From Mycoplasmoides pneumoniae FH (GTDB lineage: Bacteria > Bacillota_I > Bacilli_A > Mycoplasmatales > Mycoplasmoidaceae), in the NCBI RefSeq assembly GCF_001272835.1, contig NZ_CP010546.1:785208-817207 (forward strand): a stretch of DNA of 32,000 bases, given 5' to 3'. Below the pieces are notes generated by a model. It worked only from the letters and a program-made list of their open reading frames with translations. It did no database searches and had not been told where the DNA came from. Below, piece by piece: positions 9,924 through 19,052 of the stretch. Position numbers and translations under genes: made by a program. Each line of letters starts with the position of its first letter. The first letter of the stretch is position 1.

Positions 9924-12036
9924 TGTCTTTTTCTGTATCCTTCTCAGTCTTCTTATTTAACTTAGCTTCCTTGGCTTCTGCCTTTTGTTTGGCTTGCTGT
10001 TCTTGCTTTTGCGCTAGGATCTCTGGAGGGAGTTTAGTGTGTTCGTGAATGTAATCGATGTCACTCTTTAAGATGGTTTCGGCAATCAACAAGGCTTCAA
10101 CTAACAATTCCAACTCCTTACGGTTCGTTTTAATAATGGTACGTGCCTTCTTGTACTGTTCTTCAATAATGGCGTTAATCTCAAAGTCAATATCCTTTGC
10201 TGTTTGCTCAGAGAACAGTTTGGTACCTGGTGGGACGGTACCTTGACTAGGTACATATTGCACTTGCCCTAACTTGGACATTCCTAACTGGGTAACCATG
10301 GCACGGGCAATATTGGTCGCCTTATAAAAGTCCGAGGAAGCGCCAGTGGTAATTTCTAGGGGACCGTAAATTTCTTCCTCTGCAGCACGGCCGCCCATGG
10401 CTGTAGCAATCATCGCTAACAAGTCAGATTTACGCTTTAAATTGAGATCGCCACTCTTAGGGGTTGACAAGGTATAACCACCCGCTTGACCCCGGGGAAT
10501 AATGGTAATCTTTTGCACTTCATCGTTACTGTGAACATGGAGGCCAACCAAAGCATGACCTGCTTCGTGGTAGGCCACTAGTTTACGATCAGCATCACTG
10601 ACCACCCGAGATTTTTTGGCAGGACCAGCTATGACCCGGTCAATGGCTTCATCAATGTCGTTCATGTTGATCGTGGTCCGGTTATCACGGACTGCTAACA
10701 GGGTAGCTTCATTAATGACGTTTTCCAATTGAGCCCCACTAAAACCAGGGGTACGTTTAGCAACATCCAATAAGCTAATCTTGGAAGACAAGTTCTTGTT
10801 CTTGGCGTGCACTTGTAAGATGCCTTCGCGTTCCTTAATGTCGGGAAGGTTAATCTGGATGTGACGATCAAACCGACCTGGGCGTAATAACGCATCATCA
10901 AGGACATCCAAGCGGTTGGTAGCAGCCATCACCACAACACCAGTGCGGCTAGTAAACCCATCCATTTCCGCTAACAGTTGGTTTAAGGTTTGTTCGACCA
11001 CCGAGTAGGAGGACAACTCCACGCGACCCCGTTTAGAACCAACCGAGTCAATTTCATCGATGAAGATAATACATGGGGCCGCTTTCTTAGCCTTATTGAA
11101 CAAGTCCCGTACCCGTTTGGCGCCCACACCAACCAGCATATCTTCAAAGCCAGAACCCGTGGACTGGAAGAAAGGCACACCAGCTTCACCAGCAACAGCT
11201 TTCGCTAACAGCGTTTTACCCGTACCAGGAGGGCCGTAAAGAATAACACCGCGTGGGGAACGAGCGCCCATTTGGGCATACTTCAAGGGGTTTTTGAGGT
11301 AATCAACAATTTCCAGTAACTCGTGTTTTTCTTCTTGGAGTCCCGCAATGTTGTCAAACCTCACCGAAGACTTTGCGAGTTTAGCTTGGGTCTTACCAAT
11401 TGAGAAGATGTTGTCCTCCTCACTGCGACCACCACCAGAGATACCGCGAGCAGAACGTCAAAAGAGTAAGAAGAAAATGACAAAGATAATAATTGGTAGT
11501 AGGCCAAAGAAGATGTTGAGCACATCACGTGCTCTCGTATCAGGAGCAACAAAGGTACCGATGTCATGGAGACCTTTAATAGAAGCTAATTCAGTGCCAT
11601 TGTTACTTTTTTGGTCTTGGGTCATCATTCCATTAACTATGGCCTTTCCAGTTGACTGATTAATCGAGAGGTTTGCTATATTAAAGATAGTTTCCCCACT
11701 ACCATTAGTAGCTTTGTGGGCAGTTACTACTATGGGATTTATCCCTTGGAAACTAATGGAAACCTGCAGAATGTCATCGGTGACATAGGTGGAATTATTA
11801 ATTCTTTGGAAGGTGTGTTTGCCTGATAAGCCTTTGATTTGAGCCGAAAGTGTAGTTCCACTAAGCTCCCACTTTTCAATTACAGCCGTGGTAGCCCTTG
11901 GCATTAGGATATAAACCAAAATACCAATAATAATGGCTAGGATAACCACTCACCAAAAAATCTTTCACGCTGTGCGTTTGGGAAACTGCGGTTTTTCGCT
12001 CGTAGTCGCCTCGTTAAGTCCTTTATTTTTTTTCAT
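9907..12036 (-). CDS. ftsH: ATP-dependent zinc metalloprotease FtsH, 709 aa
   Basis: Pieces 9907..11364 and 11458..11949, plus upstream sequence to ATG 12036 ([38 protein letters not shown]...), are all in frame across TGA=Trp. Walker [12 protein letters not shown] region and HEAGHA zinc motif. Confidence 0.98.
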
Positions 12037-12196
12037 TTGTTGTTGTTTGTTGGGTGATTTGACTGGTTTTTATTCTAACAACACTAAGGGTAACTAATAC
12101 ACCCACTGCTGCAAAACCAGCCAAAGTTAGAAAGGTAATTAAGATGATTTTTTTGTGCTTTTTTACCAGGGAAACCAACACACTAAACCATCGCAT
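12023..12196 (-). CDS. Putative 57-aa single-pass membrane protein overlapping the ftsH start
   Basis: Hand translation: [57 protein letters not shown]. One hydrophobic helix. Stop overlaps the ftsH ATG region by 14 nt. Missing from the track, apparently because of its length. Confidence 0.55.
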   Translation of the reverse strand: MRWFSVLVSLVKKHKKIILITFLTLAGFAAVGVLVTLSVVRIKTSQITQQTTTNEKK

Positions 12197-12216
12197 AAAA
12201 TTCTAAATAGCGCGAC

Positions 12217-12744
12217 TTAATTATCTTCAGGATCAAAGACACCAACATAGGGTAAATTGCGATAAAAGCCCTGGTAGTCTAACCCAAAACCAACCAAGAA
12301 TTCGTCTTGGTTTTTAAAGCAAGAATAGTCCACCTTAATGTCAGCTTCCCTGGGTTTGAGCTTTTCAATGAAGCTCACTAAGATCACACTTTTGGCCTTT
12401 CGGGTGTGGAGTAAGTCCAATACTAATTTAATAGAACGACCACTGTCGATTATGTCTTCTATTAAAAGAATGTCCTTGCCTTTAGGGTCATGGGACATAT
12501 CTAGGACAATCTTCGGTGCTTCTTGTTGGCGACTGCCACCATGGTAAGAAGCGACTGCCACAAAGTCCAGTTGTAAATCAAAGGTAAACTGACTAATAAG
12601 TTTGCCCAAAAAGGGAATACAACCCTTCAAGATCCCTAATACTATGACCTGTTTACCAGCAAAATGTTCATTACACCATTTGAGCGCAGCGTTACAACCC
12701 GCTTCAACCTGTTTTTGATCAATGATGATAGATTTAATGCCCAT
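12217..12744 (-). CDS. hpt: Hypoxanthine phosphoribosyltransferase, 175 aa
   Basis: VLGILKGCIPFLGKL, DLQLDFVAVASYHGG, LLIEDIIDSGRS (PRPP loop) and DEFLVGFGLDYQGFYRNLPYVGV. Start MGIKSIII at ATG 12744. Confidence 0.95.
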   Translation of the reverse strand: MGIKSIIIDQKQVEAGCNAALKWCNEHFAGKQVIVLGILKGCIPFLGKLISQFTFDLQLDFVAVASYHGGSRQQEAPKIVLDMSHDPKGKDILLIEDIIDSGRSIKLVLDLLHTRKAKSVILVSFIEKLKPREADIKVDYSCFKNQDEFLVGFGLDYQGFYRNLPYVGVFDPEDN

Positions 12745-13253
12745 TACTTTAATCTTTGTCGTTCCACTAACACGACCGCTAAACAACTAATTTCATTCGA
12801 ATTCAACGGTTCACGTACCTTGAGGTTAATTGTCAGTTCGGTAATCCGTAAAGCCGTACAAATAAAGTCAAAGATGGCATGCTTATAGTCATCCATCTTT
12901 TGTTGTGAGGGAATTTCTAAGGTGATATCAATGTTATTGATGTACCAGTTCTTGCGAATAAAGTTGTAAGTCCGTGCCAAAATACGGGGCGCTTCTTTAC
13001 GCGGATTACCCTTTAAAGGGATCTGGGTTTTTTCTTTATTGAAGACAATTTGTCCATCACCTAAGGCAGTAGCACCAAATAAAGCATCAGCTACTGCTAG
13101 CTGGATAACGTCACTGGCGTCATCACTAGCATCGTGGTCATAAATGTACTTGGAATCTTCTATTTCCACCCCACCTATTCAAAATTTATTCTTCTGTTCT
13201 GCTCTCGGTTTAATGCGGTATTTTTTCTTACCTAGGCCAACTCTAAACTGCAT
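12744..13253 (-). CDS. Hypothetical protein, 169 aa
   Basis: Track ORF 12744..13169 extends upstream through TGA=Trp to ATG 13253 (MQFRVGLGKKKYRIKPRAEQKNKFWIGGVEIEDSKYIYDHDASDD...). Its stop overlaps the hpt ATG (TAATG). Confidence 0.7.
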
Positions 13254-13424
13254 CGTGGTATCTGTTAATTATACTTTTGCCCACCCCCTTTTCCTTTTAT
13301 GTTGAGAGCTAAAAAAGACAAAGCTTGGCAGCAGGTTTTATTTAGATCAAATCTCAATTGGGAACAGTAAATGATTGGTGGCTTAAACCAAATTAAAATG
13401 AAGGCAAGCTTGAATAAATTAGTT

Positions 13425-14363
13425 ATGAAGAGTCTTAAAGTAGCACTCATTGGTTCTGGTGCAGTGGGCACCAGCTTTCTCTACGCTGCTATGAGCCGTG
13501 GTTTAGCGAGTGAATACATGGTTATCGACATTAACGAAAAATCCCAAGTAGGGAATGTTTTTGACCTCCAAGATGCTGTACCATCATCACCGCAATACAG
13601 TAAGGTAATTGCTGGTGATTACAAACAACTCAAAGATTACGACTTTATCTTTATTGGTGCTGGTCGACCCCAAAAGCAAGGTGGGGAAACCCGGTTACAA
13701 CTCCTTGAAGGTAATGTCGAAATTATGAAGAACATTGCCAAAGCCGTGAAGGAATCGGGCTTTAAGGGCATTACCTTAATTGCTTCCAACCCAGTCGACA
13801 TTATGGCTTACACCTATTTAAAGGTAACGGGGTTTGAACCGAATAAGGTAATTGGTTCTGGAACCTTACTAGACAGCGCCCGGTTAAAGTTTGCGATTGC
13901 TGAAAAATACGGTATGAGCAGCAGGGATGTCCAAGCATATGTGTTAGGTGAACACGGGGATAGTTCAGTAAGTATTATTTCCTCCGCTAAGATTGCTGGC
14001 TTACCACTCAAACACTTCTCGAAAGCAAGTGATATAGAAAAAGAATTTGCTGAAATTGACCACTTTATTCGCCGTCGAGCTTATGAAATCATCGAACGCA
14101 AAGGAGCCACCTTTTATGGCATCGGGGAAGCAACTGCCGAAGTAGCAGAATTAATTCTCCGCGACACTAAAGAAGTACGAGTAGTAGCATCGTTAATTAA
14201 TGGCCAATATGGTGCTAAAGATGTAATGTTTGGCACCCCTTGTGTCTTGGGACGCAATGGTGTGGAAAAGATCTTGGAAATTGAATTGTCTGCTACAGAA
14301 AAAGCAGGCTTGGACAAATCAATCCAAGTATTGAAGGACAACATTAAGTTAGCTAAACTATAA
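13425..14363 (+). CDS. ldh: L-lactate dehydrogenase, 312 aa
   Basis: MKSLKVALIGSGAVGTSFLYAAMSRGL, GAGRPQKQGGETRLQLLEGN, NPVDI and GEHGDSSV. Length matches the Ldh family from the internal ATG 13425. Confidence 0.96.
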   Translation: MKSLKVALIGSGAVGTSFLYAAMSRGLASEYMVIDINEKSQVGNVFDLQDAVPSSPQYSKVIAGDYKQLKDYDFIFIGAGRPQKQGGETRLQLLEGNVEIMKNIAKAVKESGFKGITLIASNPVDIMAYTYLKVTGFEPNKVIGSGTLLDSARLKFAIAEKYGMSSRDVQAYVLGEHGDSSVSIISSAKIAGLPLKHFSKASDIEKEFAEIDHFIRRRAYEIIERKGATFYGIGEATAEVAELILRDTKEVRVVASLINGQYGAKDVMFGTPCVLGRNGVEKILEIELSATEKAGLDKSIQVLKDNIKLAKL

Positions 14364-14408
14364 GAATTAGTTTAACTGTAGACATAAATAAACTAGTTAA
14401 CTACTAGA

Positions 14409-14457
14409 ACAAAACAAGCATGCTGACCCATTGGGGTTGATGTGCTTGTTTTGTTTA
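14409..14457. terminator. Strong, potentially bidirectional intrinsic terminator downstream of ldh
   Basis: AACAAAACAAGCA...TGCTTGTTTTGTT forms a 13-bp perfect stem with an inner ACCC/GGGT element; A/T-rich base. Confidence 0.75.
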
Positions 14458-14656
14458 TTAAAAAATAGGCAAACTTTTTGGCGTATTTGTCAAATTCATT
14501 CAATTTATTAAGTGGGAGCAGGAAGACCGACTTTTGTTGAAAGTTTTTGCTGCTCCCGGCCAACTAGAAAAATATTTAAATTCATACATCTTAGTGTTTA
14601 CAACTCAAACTAATATTCTTCGTTAGTTTTCAATATCGTTAAAAAATATTTTTTAG

Positions 14657-14692
14657 CCGTCTGCTTGTCAACTTGAGCAGATGGTTTTTTAT
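14657..14692 (+). terminator. Intrinsic terminator-like hairpin followed by T6
   Basis: CCGTCTGCT...AGCAGATGG stem (one G-T wobble), then TTTTTT. Confidence 0.6.
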
Positions 14693-14708
14693 TTATTTGA
14701 AAAGAATA

Positions 14709-14754
14709 AAAATACCAGCAACTCAACCTTAAAGATTAAATGCTGGTATTTTTA
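14709..14754. terminator. Hairpin immediately 3' of DUF16-like copy 1 (minus strand)
   Basis: AAAAATACCAGCA...(20 nt)...TGCTGGTATTTTT, 13-bp perfect stem with a T run on either strand. Confidence 0.65.
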
Positions 14755-14767
14755 GTTTGAGTTGGAA

Positions 14768-15184
14768 TTATTTAGATTCCAATTTGTCTATACGTTTGCC
14801 AAAGTCTATTAAGGTATTGTTAATTGATTCCAGGCTTTTAAGCACAAGACTTTCAAAGCGATCCATGCGGGCGTTCATTGCTTCACCCTGAATTCGAAAG
14901 CCTTCTCTAACTTCTATTTGGAATTCTTTAAATTCTGCCTTAGTAACATATCTTTGATCAAACTCAACTAAAAGCTCTTGTTTAAAAACTTCTAGTTTTT
15001 TGTCCAATTGTTTATGGGTTACGTATCCGCTTTTGCCTTTTTCCATATGGTTTAAATTGCCATAAAAGCCCATGTTATAGCTACCATCAGATAGATCTTC
15101 GATTCAGGCCTTTGCTGTTTTAATCTTATCTTTTTTCAAATTTCTTTTGAACAAAGTAATTGAAATTTCGCGTTTAATGGTCAA
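14768..15184 (-). CDS. DUF16-like coiled-coil protein (M. pneumoniae paralogous family), about 138 aa
   Basis: Track ORF 14768..15073 extends upstream through TGA=Trp: MTIKREISITLFKRNLKKDKIKTAKAWIEDLSDGSYNMGFYGNLNHMEKGKSGYVTHKQLDKKLEVFKQELLVEFDQRYVTKAEFKEFQIEVREGF... Preceded by AAAGGAGG. Start codon uncertain (TTG 15184 or ATT 15178). Confidence 0.75.
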
Positions 15185-15377
15185 AACCTCCTTTCTTTAC
15201 AGGATTTAAAAAAACAGAAAGCTTTATATGAGTGTTGGGCCAAATTTAAAGAGGGTCCAATTTTTCAAAAAATGTTAATCATTTCTTTTAAGCTCCTTTA
15301 CTAAATAAATGGAAGCGGTTATTTAGAAGTACCAAGAAAATGAATTTTTAAATAGAAATCTGTAAAGAATGAAAATA

Positions 15378-15406
15378 CCAACAGCTAACTGAATGTTAAC
15401 TGTTGG
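15378..15406. terminator. Hairpin immediately 3' of DUF16-like copy 2 (minus strand)
   Basis: CCAACAGCTAAC-TGAAT-GTTAACTGTTGG, 12-bp stem with one mismatch, flanked by AAAATA and CGTTTTC. Confidence 0.6.
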
Positions 15407-15426
15407 CGTTTTCTGTTGAAGAAATG

Positions 15427-15762
15427 TTATTTCTTGTATTCAAGCCTATCTAAACGTTCGTTGATGGCTTGAAGGCTCTGAAGCACAACTTTAAAAGTTT
15501 CTCTAACTTCTACTTTGAAGTCTCTCAACTCCGCTTCAATGTTTGCGAACCTTCGATCAACCATGACCTTGTATTCCTCAAACTCTTTCCGGGTAACGTA
15601 CTATGTTTTTGGCTTTTTCACTTTTCGTTGCCAACGTTCCTTAATTATAACATCAAAAGTTCCGTCTGGCAACGGAATCCAATTTGATTTTAATTCAAGA
15701 ACCTCACACTGACTTCTAAACTTCTTGTATTCCCTTTCGGAATATCATTTGTTATTCAAAGT
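15427..15762 (-). pseudogene. DUF16-like copy 2 interrupted by an in-frame TAG at 15601-15603
   Basis: C-part: YVTRKEFEEYKVMVDRRFANIEAELRDFKVEVRETFKVVLQSLQAINERLDRLEYKK*. N-part in the same frame: MTLNNKWYSEREYKKFRSQCEVLELKSNWIPLPDGTFDVIIKERWQRKVKKPKT* then TAG. Confidence 0.65.
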
Positions 15763-15979
15763 CAAAACCCCCTTTCTTACTTAAGTAATTAGAAAAAGAA
15801 GTAGACACTACCGAATTCCTTTTAGAAACAACAAATGTTGATGCGAGAACCAACGCAACAGATGCCTTTGCAAACGCGAAAGACTTATGCCCATAAGGGC
15901 TAATAAAAATGAGTTCATATGAGATTAAAGGGAGTTTTTACACTACCCAAGGTAATTAAATAGTGTTAAAGAACAATAT

Positions 15980-16004
15980 AAAAGCCACCCGAAGGGTGGC
16001 TTTT
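15980..16004. terminator. Perfect 11-bp hairpin (intrinsic-terminator-like or structured RNA element)
   Basis: AAAAGCCACCC-GAA-GGGTGGCTTTT. Confidence 0.6.
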
Positions 16005-16170
16005 CCATATACACAGAAAGCGAACTAAATAAATAGGTTGTCCCATTCCGCTAACTGCAGTTTTATTATAAAAGAAATAACTAACCTTCGGAGTGGCTTT
16101 CTTTCTATACTGAGCAGGAGGCGACTAAAATAGTTGAATAATTCTGTCTACTGCAATCTAGTTATAAAAA
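15991..16170. repeat. Diverged tandem duplication (two copies, period about 97 bp)
   Basis: Copy A (about 15991-16073) GAAGGGTGGCTTTTCCATATACACAGAAAGCGAACTAAATAAATAGGTTG...CTAACTGCAGTTTTATTATAAAA. Copy B (about 16088-16170) TTCGGAGTGGCTTTCTTTCTATACTGAGCAGGAGGCGACTAAAATAGTTG...TCTACTGCAATCTAGTTATAAAA. Confidence 0.6.
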
Positions 16171-16339
16171 ACTCACCTAAAAGGTAGTTATTAACACCAA
16201 AAAAGCTTTTTAGAAGCTTTCTTAGTTTCAATTAAATAAACTCAGTGAATTAATTAAGCTTAACCAACTAACTTAGGCTTTTTCTTGAAGATAACGTTTA
16301 AGTATCAACTTCATGGTTTTGAATATCTTCTATCAATGC

Positions 16340-17617
16340 TTAAAGGCGGTAGAAAACGTTAGCCCACTTGTACAGTGCATTTTCAAAGAACAGTTCATTA
16401 CTACGCTTTACCAACATACTGATTTCACTGAGGTTAGTGTGCTTGTTTTGCATAGTTTTAATTTTGAGCTCATTCTTATGACTACTTCAACCCTCATAAA
16501 AGCCCTTAAACTGATTGTTAAACTTCGTAATAAAGTACTTAGCATCCTTGTACTTGCTCGCCTGTTTTTCAAAGTCTAAGTCCCTCTGTTCCTTGGTTTC
16601 GTAAAACTTAATTTCGAACTTCAAACTGTTTAAATAACTGTCCAACAACTTCTTTAAGATCTTGTCCTTGGTGGTTTGGTACAAGTTAACAAAGAACGAT
16701 TGGAACACATAGTCATCTAACTTAACAAACGCTGGCAGCATCTTTTTGTCAAAGTGTTCGTTCTTGAGTAGTGGTAAGCACACCTGTTCTAAGGTTTTAT
16801 AACCGTTGAAGTCAAACTGGTTTTTGTCCACTAAGTCCTTAATTCGTTGAAAGACAAACCAAAGGTTTAACTCGGTGGAAATACTCCTGCCATCGCTGTA
16901 GATTGATTGGTACATGTGGTGCCGGGTAATTAAGAAGTTTTCAATTAAGGGCAAGCACTTATCCTTAAAGAAGATTTCGTAAATCCCCTTGACCTTGACA
17001 CAGTCCATCTCCTTAATAATCGTTTGGTAATCTATCAAGGAATGACTGGTACCCGTAAAGTAGGAATCGCGCAACAGGTAATCCATCCGGTCAGCATCCA
17101 AGTCAGATGAAATTAACTGGCGCATCCAGTAGTTGGATGGCTTTAACTCCTTGTTTTCATCAATTAAAGCAGCTACTAGTTTAGGATCAATCTGGTTCGC
17201 CTTTAAGATTGATTTAATCGGTTCACTGTTGACAAATAAGGTTGTAACTTCTTCGTGGATAAACAGCTCCTTCTTAAAGTTAGGGGCTTTGGCAAAGTAA
17301 ATCTCAAAGGCATGGGAATGCGGTGCATGACCAATGTCGTGCAGTAATCCCGCTACTAACACCGTTTGCTTTTTGTTTTCATTAATCGGAGCAAACGCGG
17401 GGGTGTTTAAGATCCGCCTTAACAGTTCATAAACCCCCAAGGAGTGGGAATAACGCGTGTGCACGCCCCCCGGATAAAAATGAAAGTTAATTCCTAGCTG
17501 CTTAATGTTACGTAAACGGCGAAACGCTTCCGTTTCCACCAACTCATACATCCACTTAGTTTGTTGGTCAAACAGCACTTCCCCTAAAATGGGATCTTTA
17601 AAAAAGATTTGTTGCAT
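16340..17617 (-). CDS. HD-domain phosphohydrolase (dGTPase/SpoT-like), 425 aa
   Basis: [14 protein letters not shown] and [17 protein letters not shown] motifs. Track ORF ends on TGA at 16487; reading through gives an open frame to TAA 16340-16342. Confidence 0.88.
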
Positions 17618-19052
17618 GAATAAATTCTTGAAGCAGCGCTAATACCTGAGTCTTACCGTGCAGCACCATGATGCCCGCCAAATCAGGACCATGCTCTTTG
17701 TTGGTAAAGATCAACCGTAGTGGCATAAACAGCTTTTTGCCCTTCAGATTAAACTGTTCACCAATTTGGGTTAAGGTACTTTTGACATTGTCCTTCGTCC
17801 AATCAGGTAGGGCTTGGAGTTGTTCACTCAGTTGTTGTAGGGCTGGTTGGAGCTCTTTGAAGAGTTCACGGTGCTTAACACTTAAATGCTGCACCCCTAA
17901 CTTGGGGGCAAAGGTTTCCTTAATCAGTTGGTTAATTTCAATGCCAAACGCTAGTTGGTTTTTGAACAACAGACTGACTTCTTTGCGCTTGTCCTTGAGG
18001 TAATCAAAGTCAATCGTTAAGTAGTTATCAATAAAGTTAAAGTAGGCATTATCACTCAACTCCTTAATGTAGTGCGCATTAATTCACTGGAGTTTCTTAA
18101 TGTCAAAGAAAGCGGGGGCGCCCACTACTCGATTGACCGTAAAGCTTTCAATTAGTTGGTTGATGGTAAAAAACTCGCGGTTAAAGTCCGAATTTCAACC
18201 CAGTAAGGCCAAGAAGTTTACCACCGCTTCTGGTAGGTAACCCTCTTGTTTGAACTGTTCAATGAACTGGATCGTTTTGGTATCACGCTTAGACAGTTTC
18301 TTGCCACTCTTGTCGACTATCACCGATAAATGACCAAAGCGGGGAATCTTTTGATAGCCTAAGGCTTGGTTAATTGCTAGTTGGTAAGCGGTGTTGGAAA
18401 TGTGTTCCGCCCCCCGCAACACATCGGTAATTTCCATGTCATGGTCATCAATGACTACGGCAAAGTTATACGTGGCAATGCCATTGGCCTTCAATAAAAC
18501 AATATCGGTGAGGGAGTTCCCGGGAATAGTAATCTTGCCCCGAACCTGGTCGTTTCAGGCAAACTCAGCGTCCTGGTTAATCTTTAAGCGAATCGTGAAG
18601 GGTACTTGGTTGTCTAAGTTTGTTTGAATGTGCTTGGAGTGTAAGTTGCGACACGTTCCCAAATACTTCGGGGTTTGGTGGTGTTCTAAAGCCAATTGGC
18701 GTTCGTGTTCTAACTTTTCTTTAGTACAGAAACAACGGTAGGCCAAACCCTTGCCCACAAGTTCATAAGCTAGTTTTTTGTAGGTAGCCAACTTTTGACT
18801 TTGGATGTAAGGCCCATAATTACCCGGGTTGTAAATTGATTCATCGGGAATAATTCCTAACCAGCGCAAGTTTTCTAGTTGTGATTCAATTCCCCCTTCC
18901 ACATTGCGCTCAGTGTCAGTGTCCTCAATCCGGATAATAAACTCGCCGTTAAAGTGTTTTGCTAACAAGAAGTTAAAGATAGCAGTACGCGCACCCCCAA
19001 CATGAAGGTAACCGGTAGGGGAAGGGGCATAACGGGTTCTAATCTTTTCCAT
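17598..19052 (-). CDS. gltX: Glutamyl-tRNA synthetase, 484 aa
   Basis: Pieces 17598..18059, 18195..18494 and 18555..19052 share one frame across TGA=Trp. Motifs [18 protein letters not shown] and KLSKRD. Confidence 0.97.

Noticed and set aside
13814-14344. Two minus-strand ORFs within ldh
   Set aside because: Antisense to a strongly conserved enzyme gene.
15469-15712. Two plus-strand ORFs over the second DUF16-like copy
   Set aside because: The minus strand gives the family-like coiled-coil sequence; the plus-strand frames lack recognisable features.
14393-16300. CRISPR-like array or toxin-antitoxin locus in the intergenic island
   Set aside because: Only two diverged repeat copies, no uniform spacers, no cas genes, and no toxin/antitoxin motif.
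14363-16340. tRNA or rRNA gene in the largest non-coding gap
   Set aside because: No cloverleaf-compatible GTTCRAATC/T-loop sequence or CCA end noticed; the hairpins are terminator-like. A tRNAscan/Rfam run would be decisive.
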